From: Sphingobium sp.
GTDB lineage: Bacteria; Pseudomonadota; Alphaproteobacteria; Sphingomonadales; Sphingomonadaceae
DNA length: 64,000 bases
Assembly: GCA_009360885.1 (NCBI GenBank)
Contig: SPEL01000006.1
Span: forward strand, 6,303 to 70,302
Direction of reading: 5' to 3'
Below are positions 1 to 9,813 of the stretch, piece after piece. Each line of letters opens with the position of its first letter. The stretch's first letter is position 1. The notes under the pieces are model-generated. The model was not told the DNA's origin. It made no database searches and saw only the letters and a program-made list of their open reading frames with translations. A program made the position numbers and the translations under genes.

Positions 1-729
1 GTCGCGGCACCAGCGGGCGAGATGACCGTATTGCTCGGCCCCGGCTGGCCCGGCGTATTGCTGCATGAGGCCGTGGGCCATGGGCTGGAGGGGGATTTCA
101 ACCGCAAGGGCACATCCGCCTTTTCCGGGCGTATCGGTCAGCAGGTCGCGGCAAAGGGCGTGACGGTTGTCGATGATGGCAGCATCATGAACCGCCGCGG
201 CTCCCTCTCCATTGATGATGAAGGCACGCCGACTCAGGAAAATATCCTGATCGAAGATGGCATTTTAAAATCCTATATGCAGGATCGCTTGAACGCGCGG
301 CTGATGGGCGTGGAGCCCACCGGCAATGGTCGGCGCGAAAGCTATGGCCATGCACCGATGCCGCGTATGACCAACACCTTCATGCGCGGCGGTGAGGATG
401 ATCCGGCAGAACTGCTCTCCCGCGTCAAAAATGGCGTTTTCGCCAAGAGCTTTGGCGGCGGGCAGGTCGATATTGTGTCGGGGAAATTCGTCTTTTCCTG
501 CACAGAGGCATATCTGGTCAAAGACGGTAAAATTGGCGACCCCATTAAGGGCGCGACGTTGATTGGCGATGGCCCTACAACGATGAACAAGATCATCGGC
601 ATCGGCAATGACATGGCGCTGGACGAAGGCATTGGCATGTGCGGCAAGGGCGGACAGAGCGTTCCTGCCGGTGTTGGTCAGCCCACCTTATTGATTGACG
701 GCATTACCATCGGCGGCACAGCGGCGTAA
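1..729 (+). CDS. tldD: Metalloprotease TldD (5' truncated by window edge)
   Basis: [18 protein letters not shown] (HExxxH) and C-terminal [16 protein letters not shown]. Confidence 0.95.
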   Translation, partial: VAAPAGEMTVLLGPGWPGVLLHEAVGHGLEGDFNRKGTSAFSGRIGQQVAAKGVTVVDDGSIMNRRGSLSIDDEGTPTQENILIEDGILKSYMQDRLNARLMGVEPTGNGRRESYGHAPMPRMTNTFMRGGEDDPAELLSRVKNGVFAKSFGGGQVDIVSGKFVFSCTEAYLVKDGKIGDPIKGATLIGDGPTTMNKIIGIGNDMALDEGIGMCGKGGQSVPAGVGQPTLLIDGITIGGTAA

Positions 730-771
730 CCAGCCCATAATTGAACGGCATAGAGTAAGGGATTAGCGGAT

Positions 772-1986
772 ATGACCCGGCGTTTCGATGTCATCATCAT
801 GGGCGGCGGCCTTGTGGGCCTCACCTTGGGCATTGGCCTTTCCCGCCATGGCGTTACTTGTGCAGTGGTGGACCCGGCGAATCCTGTGACCACCCTCGCC
901 CCCGATTTTGATGGCCGGGTTTCCTCCATTTCCAGCGCAAGCTGGCGGCTGTTTCAGGCCATTGGCATCGCCGATAAGCTGGAGGGCAAGGGCTGCCCGA
1001 TTGATCGCATCTGGGTATCGGACGGCCTGCAACCCGGCACGCTGGATTTCGCGCCTTCTGGCGATGATGGCGTGCCCATGGGCATCATGTTTGAAAATAC
1101 GGTCACCCGTATTGCCCTGCGTGATGCCGCGCTGGAAGCCGAAAATCTGACGATATTCCAACCGGATAAGGCCGCGCATATTGACCGCAATCTGGATAGC
1201 GTCACTGTCCGTCTCGAAAGTGGCGAAGAACTGCAATCCTCTCTGCTGGTGGGCGCAGAAGGCCGTGCCAGCCCGTTGCGGGAGGCAGCACGCATTCCTG
1301 TGGCGCGGTGGAGTTACAACCATATCGCAATGGTAAGCGCCATCACCCATGAGGTGCCGCACCAGAATACCGCCTATGAAATTTTCTATCCCGATGGCCC
1401 CTTTGCTCTGCTGCCGATGCAGCCGGGCAACCGCAGTGCCGTTGTCTGGACCGTGCCAAAGGAACAGGCACCGGGCATGATGGCGCTGGGCCAGCGCGGC
1501 TGGGCAGAGGAAGCTCAAAAACGCATGGGCCGCTTTCTAGGTGAGATAGAGGTTGCCGCGCCGCGCTCCTCCTATCCGCTGGGCTATCATCGCGCCGCCC
1601 GCATCACCGATACCCGCCTCGCGCTGGTGGGGGATGCAGCCCATGGCATTCACCCTATTGCCGGACAGGGCGTAAACCTTGGCTTCCGCGATGCAGCCGC
1701 GCTGATCGAGGTGATTGTTGATGGCATGAGGCTGGGGCTGGAACCCGGCGATGCTCAGCTTATGGCTCGCTATCAACGCTGGCGCAGCCTTGATACGCTG
1801 TCTGTTACCATCGCGATGGATGGTCTGGTGCGCCTGTTCGACATTCCCGGCAAGACGGTTTCAGCGGTGCGGCGACTGGGTTTGGCGGCAGTGCAGCGTA
1901 TGGGGCCGCTCAAAAACCGTTTCATGGCTGAGGCACGCGGGGAATCCGGCGCACTGCCCCGACTACTCAGTGGCGAGATGGTATAA
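772..1986 (+). CDS. UbiH/UbiF/UbiL family FAD-dependent ubiquinone biosynthesis hydroxylase
   Basis: GGGLVG FAD motif, DGRVSS, LVGDAAHGIHPIAGQGVNLGFRD. Confidence 0.9.
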   Translation: MTRRFDVIIMGGGLVGLTLGIGLSRHGVTCAVVDPANPVTTLAPDFDGRVSSISSASWRLFQAIGIADKLEGKGCPIDRIWVSDGLQPGTLDFAPSGDDGVPMGIMFENTVTRIALRDAALEAENLTIFQPDKAAHIDRNLDSVTVRLESGEELQSSLLVGAEGRASPLREAARIPVARWSYNHIAMVSAITHEVPHQNTAYEIFYPDGPFALLPMQPGNRSAVVWTVPKEQAPGMMALGQRGWAEEAQKRMGRFLGEIEVAAPRSSYPLGYHRAARITDTRLALVGDAAHGIHPIAGQGVNLGFRDAAALIEVIVDGMRLGLEPGDAQLMARYQRWRSLDTLSVTIAMDGLVRLFDIPGKTVSAVRRLGLAAVQRMGPLKNRFMAEARGESGALPRLLSGEMV

Positions 1987-2038
1987 AACGAGTATTGCGA
2001 ATATTGTATCGCTGCATCAACTTATCTATCGTCACCAG

Positions 2039-3217
2039 ATGACATTATTTTCTGCCTTTAAGAAGAAAGGCGGGGCCCACCAATCCCTGTCTATTCTTCT
2101 GGCCTGCCTGATGACGACTTCCCCAACCGCCTTGATGGCAGAAGAAGCAGGTGAGGATGCTCCTCTTACCGACCGGGATTTATCGCCTGCTCTCAGTGAA
2201 GATTTCACTCATCAGCAGATTATTATACCCGCATCATCGACGCAGGCAGCAACCTCCCCTTATGCTGCAACGGCATCATGGGTCAGAAACACATCCACCA
2301 ACACCCTCTCCGATCCGTTCAATTATATGCTGCCAGATGGGCATTTCTCAGTTAGGCAAGAGGAAACCCCGCCACCGCCCTCCTCCGTCGCTGGTCCGGC
2401 AGATATTCGGTATCGGCCACCACATTCGCCGGAAACCAACCCCAACCGTTACCGCAATTTCGGCCAACAGGCAGGAGCTGTGAAATGGGAACTGGCGGCC
2501 ATCCTCGCTTATTATACCGCTATTAACGGGAGCAAATTATTCAAGGAACCGGAATGGCCCCATTTCCACAAAGAGGGCTGGTTTGGCAAATCCACCAATA
2601 ATATCGGCGTAGATAAGCTCGCCCATAGCTATAGCAGCTATATATTATCGGAAATATTGCACGCCCGCCTGCGCCGTAAAACCGGCGACGCCCCCGGTAT
2701 TCAATTCACCGCAGCGGCTCTTGCCTCTGCCACCATGCTCTATACCGAATTATGGGACAGCATTGAACCCACCGCTGGCTGGTCATGGGAAGATGTAGCG
2801 TTCAACACGATGGGTGCGGGGTTTTCTGTCTTGCGCAATTCCGTCCCCGGCCTTGATGAGAAGCTGGATTTCCGGTTGATGATAATCCCGAATTCCAGCT
2901 TCATTAACACGCAGGGCAAGCGCCATTTTGAACAGCAGCGCCATTTCTTTGCGCTGAAATTCGCCGGCTTCGAGGGACTGAACAAAGGGCCACTGCGGTT
3001 TCTGGAATTCCACCTTGGTTATTATGCCAAGGATTTCACGCTGCAAGACCGCGCATTGGGCGTAGAACCCAAACGCCGCATCTTTGTCGGCTTCGGCCTC
3101 AACCTGCGGGAACTATTCTTCAAAAACAGCAGCAGCCGCGTTGGCAGGGCCGCAGGAGAGGTGCTGGACTATTTCCAGCCGCCCTATACCGCCCTGCATC
3201 AGCACATCACCAATTAA
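2039..3217 (+). CDS. Exported DUF2279/YfiM-like protein
   Basis: Likely start ATG 2039 (MTLFSAFKKK plus hydrophobic signal); motifs GVDKLAHSYSSY and WSWEDVAFNTMGA. The ORF-track start at 1751 overlaps the upstream gene. Confidence 0.65.
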   Translation: MTLFSAFKKKGGAHQSLSILLACLMTTSPTALMAEEAGEDAPLTDRDLSPALSEDFTHQQIIIPASSTQAATSPYAATASWVRNTSTNTLSDPFNYMLPDGHFSVRQEETPPPPSSVAGPADIRYRPPHSPETNPNRYRNFGQQAGAVKWELAAILAYYTAINGSKLFKEPEWPHFHKEGWFGKSTNNIGVDKLAHSYSSYILSEILHARLRRKTGDAPGIQFTAAALASATMLYTELWDSIEPTAGWSWEDVAFNTMGAGFSVLRNSVPGLDEKLDFRLMIIPNSSFINTQGKRHFEQQRHFFALKFAGFEGLNKGPLRFLEFHLGYYAKDFTLQDRALGVEPKRRIFVGFGLNLRELFFKNSSSRVGRAAGEVLDYFQPPYTALHQHITN

Positions 3218-3228
3218 CCAATCAGACC

Positions 3229-3395
3229 CTAGTGACCTGAATCTGAAGTTCGTCACATTATTAGGCAGGGGTTGAACGAACTTCAGATTCATGAAGGTCA
3301 CTAGCAAATATATGATTCTAGTGTGGTTTATGGATTTGAAATACGCTCTGGGCTTAGCCGCTATATTGTGGCGTATTTCAAATTCACCACACTAG
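3229..3395. repeat. Two tandem CTAG-bounded palindromic intergenic elements (RIME/MITE-like)
   Basis: 3229-3304 CTAGTGACCTGAATCTGAAGTTCG...CGAACTTCAGATTCATGAAGGTCACTAG; 3318-3395 CTAGTGTGGT..TTTGAAATACGC...GCGTATTTCAAA..ACCACACTAG. Confidence 0.8.
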
Positions 3396-3904
3396 AGCGG
3401 GTGATAGCGCATCGCGACGTCCACCCGTTCATACCGGCTGCCATAGTGCGCCATAATATCCGCGTCATGGTGGAAACCCAGCTTCTCATAAAGATGAATA
3501 GCCGCCTCACAGCGGGAGTTGGTGAGGAGATAAAGCGGATCTGCGCCAATAGTCCGGGCGCGATCAATCATTGCCTCCAGCAGAAATTCCCCCACCTTCA
3601 GACCGCGAGCCGACGACCTCACCCCCATTTTAGTGAGTTCAAAACTGCTTTCCCCGGTTTTTTGCAACGCACAGGTGCCAATGATACCCCGCCCCGGCAT
3701 CTCCACACATAAAATCACGCCGCCCGGGGCAATAATCCGCTCATAAGGGGCGTTCAGAACGTCCTTATCCGTCTGTTCCAGATGGAACATGGCGCTGATC
3801 CATTCCTCATTAATCTCACGAAAATGATGGGCCAGATCATCGCTATATTCATGCAAAATCAACCCTGAGGCAGGGATGGTGTCATTCGATAGAGTTTCAG
3901 TCAT
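3392..3904 (-). CDS. GNAT family N-acetyltransferase
   Basis: ELTKMGVRSSARGLKVG acetyl-CoA motif and AIHLYEKLGF. Confidence 0.9.
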   Translation of the reverse strand: MTETLSNDTIPASGLILHEYSDDLAHHFREINEEWISAMFHLEQTDKDVLNAPYERIIAPGGVILCVEMPGRGIIGTCALQKTGESSFELTKMGVRSSARGLKVGEFLLEAMIDRARTIGADPLYLLTNSRCEAAIHLYEKLGFHHDADIMAHYGSRYERVDVAMRYHPL

Positions 3905-3977
3905 AGCCCCCTGCCTATCGCCCGCATCCTATCTGTCAATGGGTGAAGGCTATGCGATGAAATGAATATTCATCCCT

Positions 3978-4007
3978 CTTGAAAGCCCGCCCACCCCACA
4001 TACATCT
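3978..4007 (+). promoter_or_regulatory. RpoH (sigma32)-type promoter of hsp20
   Basis: CTTGAA-N15-CATACATCT, close to the alphaproteobacterial CTTGAA-N15/16-CCTATAT consensus. Confidence 0.65.
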
Positions 4008-4095
4008 GCTTTGTCTGGTCCGGCGAAGGACAGACGAAACGGACGCCATCATGGGTCCGCACTGTGTTCAAACCGCTCACTATGAGGATTTGATT

Positions 4096-4563
4096 ATGCG
4101 TAATTTTGATCTCACCCCTTATCGTCGTTCTACCGTTGGCTTTGACCGTCTGTTTGATCTTATCGAAAACAGCCGCGTCGCACAGAGCGATAATTACCCC
4201 CCGTTCAATATTGAGCGCCTGTCGGAAGACCGTTACCGCGTGACGCTCGCCGTTGCAGGCTTCCGTGAGGATGAGCTGGACATCATCGCCCAGCAAAATC
4301 TGTTACAGGTATCCGGGCGAAAAGCAGAAATCGGCAATGATGAACGCGCCAAATTCCTGCATGTCGGCATTGCCAACCGCAGTTTTGAACGCCGCTTTGA
4401 ACTCGCTGATTTCGTGCGCGTAGAAAATGCGGTGCTGGCGGATGGTCTGCTGACGATTGAGCTTGTCCGCGAAATCCCTGAAGCGATGAAGCCCAAGAAA
4501 ATCGCCATTAATGGCGGGCAGCTTGTGGACATCGTCAAAACGGATGACAGTAACGCCGCGTAA
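4096..4563 (+). CDS. ibpA: Small heat shock protein, IbpA/HspA class
   Basis: MRNFDLTPYRRSTVGFDRLF, YPPFNIE, GIANRSFERRF; SD GAGG upstream of ATG 4096. Confidence 0.92.
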   Translation: MRNFDLTPYRRSTVGFDRLFDLIENSRVAQSDNYPPFNIERLSEDRYRVTLAVAGFREDELDIIAQQNLLQVSGRKAEIGNDERAKFLHVGIANRSFERRFELADFVRVENAVLADGLLTIELVREIPEAMKPKKIAINGGQLVDIVKTDDSNAA

Positions 4564-4584
4564 ATAGACGCCGCCAATATGAAT

Positions 4585-4654
4585 GAAAGGAGGCAACCAT
4601 CGTCTCCTTTCGCTGATTACAAAAAAGGGGTGATCCTTTACGGACCGCCCCTTT
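4585..4654. terminator. Two hairpin terminators between convergent hsp20 and pyrG
   Basis: GAAAGGAGGC..GTCTCCTTTC (4585-4611) and AAAAAAGGGGTG..CGCCCCTTT (4621-4654). Confidence 0.65.
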
Positions 4655-4679
4655 CTCTATTCCATCATGCCGACCTGTT

Positions 4680-6314
4680 TTAGACCAGCCGGCTCTGCTT
4701 AACCGCCGCCTCGATAAAGCTAGCGAACAGCGGATGCGGATCAAAAGGTTTGGATTTGAGTTCCGGGTGGAACTGAACCCCAATAAACCATGGGTGATCC
4801 GGGCGCTCTACAATCTCCGGCAGGCGGCCATCGGGCGACAGGCCAGAGAAAATCAGCCCGCCTTTTTCCAGCGCTTCCTGATAGCCAATGTTCACCTCAT
4901 AGCGGTGGCGATGGCGTTCGCTGATGTCCTGAGCGCCATAAATGCTGGCAACCTTGCTATTGGCCGACAGATGCGCAGGATAAGCCCCCAGACGCATAGT
5001 GCCGCCCAGATCGCCATCGGCGCTGCGCTGCTGCGTCCCATCCTTTGTTGCCCATTCGGTGATAAGACCCACTACAGGCTCACTCGTCGCACCAAATTCA
5101 GTGGTGGAGGCATCGGTGATACCCGCCGTATTCCGCGCGCCTTCGATGCAGGCCATCTGCATACCGAGACAAATACCAAGGAACGGGACATTCCGTTCAC
5201 GGGCAAAGCGTACCGCCGCAATTTTACCTTCGCTGCCACGCACACCGAAGCCACCCGGCACAAGAATGCCATGCATTGGTTCCAGCTCCGCCGCGATATC
5301 GTTATCGGCCTGCTCAAACAGCTCTGCATCAATCCACTGAAGGCGGACCTTCACCCGATTGGCAAGCCCGCCATGCACCAATGCTTCGTGCAGGGATTTA
5401 TACGCATCAGGAAGGCCAACATATTTACCAACAACACCGATGGTCACTTCGCCTTCGGGGTTGCTATGGCGGTCCATGATATCGATCCAGCGATCCATTG
5501 TGGGTTGCGGCGCACCTTCTATACCAAAAGCATGGAGGACTTCATCATCCAGCCCTTCGGCATGATATTGCTGAGGCACGGCATAAATGGTGCTGGCGTC
5601 CAGCGCCGGAATAACCGCCTCTGGCCGCACATTACAGAATAGCGCGATTTTGCGGCGCTCACTCTCTGGCAGGGGCTGCTCACAGCGGCAAAGCAGGATA
5701 TTGGGCTGTATGCCAAGGCTGGTGAGTTCCCGCACGCTATGCTGCGTGGGCTTGGTTTTCAGTTCCCCGGCCGCCGCGATATAGGGCACCAGCGTCACAT
5801 GAACAAAGATCGACTGCGCCCGGCCCAGATCATTATGGAGCTGGCGAATCGCCTCCATGAAAGGCAGGCTTTCAATATCGCCCACTGTGCCGCCAATTTC
5901 GCATAAGACGAAATCAAGATCATCGGTATCCGCCATGGCGAATGCCTTAATCTCGTCCGTCACATGCGGGATGACCTGCACGGTCGCGCCCAGATAATCA
6001 CCACGTCGTTCCTTGGTGATGATTGTCTGGTAAATACGCCCCTGTGTCACATTGTCGGCCTGCCGCGCAGAAACGCCAGTAAACCGCTCATAATGGCCAA
6101 GGTCGAGGTCGGTTTCGGCCCCGTCATCGGTCACATAGACTTCCCCATGCTGATAGGGCGACATCGTGCCCGGATCGACATTGAGATAGGGGTCAAACTT
6201 ACGAATGCGCACACGATATCCCCGCGCTTGCAGCAATGCTGCAAGGCTGGCAGCCATAAGGCCTTTGCCAAGCGAGGAGACCACGCCGCCGGTGATGAAA
6301 ATATACCGCGCCAT
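4680..6314 (-). CDS. pyrG: CTP synthase
   Basis: [37 protein letters not shown]. Confidence 0.99.
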   Translation of the reverse strand: MARYIFITGGVVSSLGKGLMAASLAALLQARGYRVRIRKFDPYLNVDPGTMSPYQHGEVYVTDDGAETDLDLGHYERFTGVSARQADNVTQGRIYQTIITKERRGDYLGATVQVIPHVTDEIKAFAMADTDDLDFVLCEIGGTVGDIESLPFMEAIRQLHNDLGRAQSIFVHVTLVPYIAAAGELKTKPTQHSVRELTSLGIQPNILLCRCEQPLPESERRKIALFCNVRPEAVIPALDASTIYAVPQQYHAEGLDDEVLHAFGIEGAPQPTMDRWIDIMDRHSNPEGEVTIGVVGKYVGLPDAYKSLHEALVHGGLANRVKVRLQWIDAELFEQADNDIAAELEPMHGILVPGGFGVRGSEGKIAAVRFARERNVPFLGICLGMQMACIEGARNTAGITDASTTEFGATSEPVVGLITEWATKDGTQQRSADGDLGGTMRLGAYPAHLSANSKVASIYGAQDISERHRHRYEVNIGYQEALEKGGLIFSGLSPDGRLPEIVERPDHPWFIGVQFHPELKSKPFDPHPLFASFIEAAVKQSRLV

Positions 6315-6404
6315 GGGAGAAGAGGCCTACCCTTATTTCATAGGAAAGAGCAAGCGCACAAATATTATGCGCCTGCAATTTTATCATTAATTACGTTCAA
6401 CCGC

Positions 6405-6791
6405 TTATTGAGCGAGCGGAACCGCACCGTTGGAAGCATCCTGAGCACCCGCCTGACCAACGGATTGTGCCGCGCCAGAGAGCGGATCACCGGTAACCGG
6501 TGCCTGAGTCGGCACATTAGAGGCCGGGGCCTGCTTTACCAGTGACGTATCAATGTCCGAAGGCGCGTGCTTGATGGATGCAATCACCGCCAAAGTGATG
6601 CTGAGCAATACAAACAGACCCGCCAGGATGGATGTAGCGCGCGTCAGGAAATCGGCCGCACCACGTGCAGACATAAACCCGGATGGGCTGCCGCCAACAC
6701 CAAGCCCACCCCCTTCGGACCTCTGCATCAGAATTACGGTAACAAGGCAGGTCGCAATAATGGCCTGCACGACAAGCAGAAAGGTGAACAT
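6405..6791 (-). CDS. secG: Preprotein translocase subunit SecG
   Basis: MFTFLL..ILMQRSEGGGLG..ARGAADFLTRAT, two TM segments; tpiA-secG-pyrG order. Confidence 0.93.
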   Translation of the reverse strand: MFTFLLVVQAIIATCLVTVILMQRSEGGGLGVGGSPSGFMSARGAADFLTRATSILAGLFVLLSITLAVIASIKHAPSDIDTSLVKQAPASNVPTQAPVTGDPLSGAAQSVGQAGAQDASNGAVPLAQ

Positions 6792-6960
6792 GAAATGGCT
6801 ATCCGCAAAAGCAAAATGTGATTGCACAAAATGTGATTACAACGGCCCTTAACCGGATAGGCCCTCAGGTTCAACCATAGTGTTTCAACCATGGAATGGA
6901 GACGGCGTAGTTTTTAATCACCGCCCCCAATTCAACCATGGTGACGCCATAGCCGCCCCC

Positions 6961-7704
6961 TTACGCAGCAGCCTCAATAATCGGGCCGAAACTATCTGCC
7001 TTCAGGCTCGCCCCGCCGACAAGGCCGCCGTCCACATCCTCCAGCGCGAAAATCTCCCGCGCATTCGCAGCATTAACCGATCCACCATAAAGGAGCCGCA
7101 TCGCATCGGCCTGCTCCGCGCCCAAAGCCTGACGCAATGCCCCGCGAATATCACCGTGAATTTCGGCAATTTGCTCCATCGTCGGGATGCGCCCGGTGCC
7201 AATCGCCCAGATCGGTTCATAAGCAATAGAGAGCCAGTCAGCCGACGCACCATCAGGCAGCGAATCACTAAGTTGGCCCAGAACAAATTCGCTTGCCTTG
7301 CCACTATCGCGCGTTTCAAGGCTTTCCCCAAGGCAGAGGATGACCTTCAAACCCGCCGCCCGCGCAGCCAGCGCCTTGGCCGCAACATCTGCGCTGCTTT
7401 CATGCTGATCGCCTCGGCGTTCACTATGGCCGACAATCACCCAGCTCGCCCCTGCTTCTTTCACCATCGCGGCAGAAAGACAGCCGGTATGCGCACCATT
7501 TTCATTCATATGGCAATCCTGCGCGCCGATAAAAATGGCCTTCACCCCAGCCTTTGCCTCGCTCAGCAAGGTTGCAGGAATACACAGCCCAACCTCTGCA
7601 TCGGGGTGCTGCGTCGCAATGGCATCAATCGCGTAAGCCGCGCCCAATTGCGCCCGCAGGCCATTCATTTTCCAGTTGCCAACAACCAGTTTCCGACGGC
7701 CCAT
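6961..7704 (-). CDS. tpiA: Triosephosphate isomerase
   Basis: GNWKMN, GHSERR, AYEPIWAIGTG, LYGGSV. Confidence 0.98.
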   Translation of the reverse strand: MGRRKLVVGNWKMNGLRAQLGAAYAIDAIATQHPDAEVGLCIPATLLSEAKAGVKAIFIGAQDCHMNENGAHTGCLSAAMVKEAGASWVIVGHSERRGDQHESSADVAAKALAARAAGLKVILCLGESLETRDSGKASEFVLGQLSDSLPDGASADWLSIAYEPIWAIGTGRIPTMEQIAEIHGDIRGALRQALGAEQADAMRLLYGGSVNAANAREIFALEDVDGGLVGGASLKADSFGPIIEAAA

Positions 7705-7856
7705 GATGTTATCCTCCTGCTGCCTGATGAGTGATTTTGCTCATGCCGGGCGATAGCGTTCTGGGCAACAATGTCCAGTCCCCGCTTGAAGGGAAGACAG
7801 ACACATCCTAAAGCAGCACATATTTTGCTGCCTTTCGGGATGCTCAGGACCATTTC

Positions 7857-9803
7857 ATGATCAGTTTCTTTCGTCGCATCATCAAATCAAAATGGGGGGC
7901 TGGCATTGGCGCAGCCTTTCTGGCTCTCGTCGCTTTTGCCTTTGCAGCGGGCGATATTTCGTCAATGGATGGGGGCAATCCACTGCGTGGTCTCTTTGGC
8001 GGCACCTCCACCAAAGTCGGTAGCCAGAAGCTCGCTGATTCGGATGTGCAGGCCCGTGTGCAGCGCGTTTTTGAACAGCAGCGCCGCGATAATCCCGGCA
8101 TGCAGATAGCGCAATTTCTGGAAATGGGCGCTGTACCGCAGATTTTCGATCAATTGGTGGCCGCTGTTGCCCTCAGCGAATTTGCTCATGAACAGGGTGT
8201 TTATGTCAGCAAGCGCATGGTCGATGCGCAAATTGCCGCGATTCCTGCTTTTCATGATGCCGCCGGTAAATTCGATCAGGCCCTGTTCCGCCAGATGCTG
8301 GCCGCCCAGCGCATCAGCGAAAAGGAATTGCGCGATGACATTACGCAGGAACTGACCGGCAAGCTGATGCTGACGCCAGCAGGCCTTGGCGCACGCCTTT
8401 CTGACAGTCTGGTGCTGCCCTATGCATCATTGCTGCTGGAAGCCCGCGAAGGACGTATCGCTGCAATCCCATCCTCTGCTTTTCCGGTGGAAGGCAATCC
8501 TACTGACCAGCAACTCAATGATTTCTACAAGAAAAATGCTGATCGTTATACCGTACCAGAGCAGCGCCGCCTGCGTTATGCTCTGGTTGATGCAGATCGT
8601 TTTGCAACGGCTGCCACACCAACAGACAGCGAAATCAGCAAATATTATAATGATAACAAGGCGAAATATGCCGCGCGCGAAACCCGCACGGTAGAACAGC
8701 TGATACTGCCCAATGAAGCCGCCGCAAAGGCTGCCCTCGCTGCGGGATCACTCAGCGCCGCTGCGAAAAAAGACGGTCTTTCTGTTTCCACTATGAAGGA
8801 AATGGAGAAATCCGCTCTGGCCAAACAAACCTCTGCGCAAACTGCTGATGCCGTTTTCGCGGCGGCTCAGGGTAAGATGGTTGGCCCGGTGAAGGTCGCG
8901 TTGGGCTGGGCTGTTCTTCAGGTGACCGGGGTTCAGAATATTGCCGCCAAGCCGCTCGATAGCGTGAAAGGCGAGATCACCACTGCGCTGAAAGCCGAAA
9001 AGAGCAAATCTCTCCTCAGCAATTTCACGGCCAAGGTCGAAAATGAAATCGCCAATGGTGCAACCTTTGAAGAGGCCACCCGTGACAATGGCCTGAAGGT
9101 GGAAAGCACGCCCTTGCTGATCGCCACCGGCCAAAGTGTTGAGGTTGCGGACTATACCCCACCTGCGGAAATCGGCGCGATGCTGCGTCCCGCATTTGAC
9201 ATGGCACCGGAAGATGACGCCCAGTTCGTGACCATCGCGGACCAACAGCGTTATGCTCTGCTCTCTGTGTCGGACATTACCGCCGCTGCTCCGCCGCCAA
9301 TCGCCAAGGTGAAGAGCGTGATCGTGCAGCAATATAAGTTGCACCAGAGCGCGACCAAGGCGAAGGCTCTCGCCGACAGGCTGAAGGCACAGATTGATAA
9401 AGGCACGTCCTTTGACAAAGCTCTGGCTGGCGCTGGCGTAACATTGCCTGCCCCGCAAAAGGTCGCAGGACGGCGCGCTGATCTGCTGCGTCAGGACCGT
9501 CGTCCGCCTGCAGAAATCTCGATTTTGTTCGCAATGGCCAGCGGCACGATGAAAATCATGCCCATCCCCAATGACAATGGCTATTTCCTCATCATGCTGG
9601 ATAAAATTCAGCAGGGCGATGCCGCCAAGGTTCCGGGGCTGGTAGATCAGGTTCGGGGTGACATCACCAATGTCGTTGCCAACGAATATGCCGACCAGTT
9701 TGAACGGGCCATTGAGCGTTCTCTGGGCGTGAAGTCTAACCCCGCGACCATCGCCCGCGTGACGCAGGAATTGCGCCGCGTGAATGGCGCGGCTCCGGAA
9801 TAA
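7857..9803 (+). CDS. ppiD: PpiD-like periplasmic chaperone (SurA N-terminal and rotamase-like domains)
   Basis: N-terminal TM anchor, 648 aa, PEQRRLRY / ETRTVEQL motifs; lies between tpiA and trpE. Confidence 0.8.
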   Translation: MISFFRRIIKSKWGAGIGAAFLALVAFAFAAGDISSMDGGNPLRGLFGGTSTKVGSQKLADSDVQARVQRVFEQQRRDNPGMQIAQFLEMGAVPQIFDQLVAAVALSEFAHEQGVYVSKRMVDAQIAAIPAFHDAAGKFDQALFRQMLAAQRISEKELRDDITQELTGKLMLTPAGLGARLSDSLVLPYASLLLEAREGRIAAIPSSAFPVEGNPTDQQLNDFYKKNADRYTVPEQRRLRYALVDADRFATAATPTDSEISKYYNDNKAKYAARETRTVEQLILPNEAAAKAALAAGSLSAAAKKDGLSVSTMKEMEKSALAKQTSAQTADAVFAAAQGKMVGPVKVALGWAVLQVTGVQNIAAKPLDSVKGEITTALKAEKSKSLLSNFTAKVENEIANGATFEEATRDNGLKVESTPLLIATGQSVEVADYTPPAEIGAMLRPAFDMAPEDDAQFVTIADQQRYALLSVSDITAAAPPPIAKVKSVIVQQYKLHQSATKAKALADRLKAQIDKGTSFDKALAGAGVTLPAPQKVAGRRADLLRQDRRPPAEISILFAMASGTMKIMPIPNDNGYFLIMLDKIQQGDAAKVPGLVDQVRGDITNVVANEYADQFERAIERSLGVKSNPATIARVTQELRRVNGAAPE

Positions 9804-9813
9804 GGCGCGTCTA

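Noticed and set aside
1751-2038. N-terminal extension of the DUF2279-like ORF
   Set aside because: It overlaps the hydroxylase gene; the signal-peptide-like sequence begins at ATG 2039
3229-3395. CRISPR array
   Set aside because: Only two non-identical palindromes, with no repeat-spacer periodicity and no cas genes
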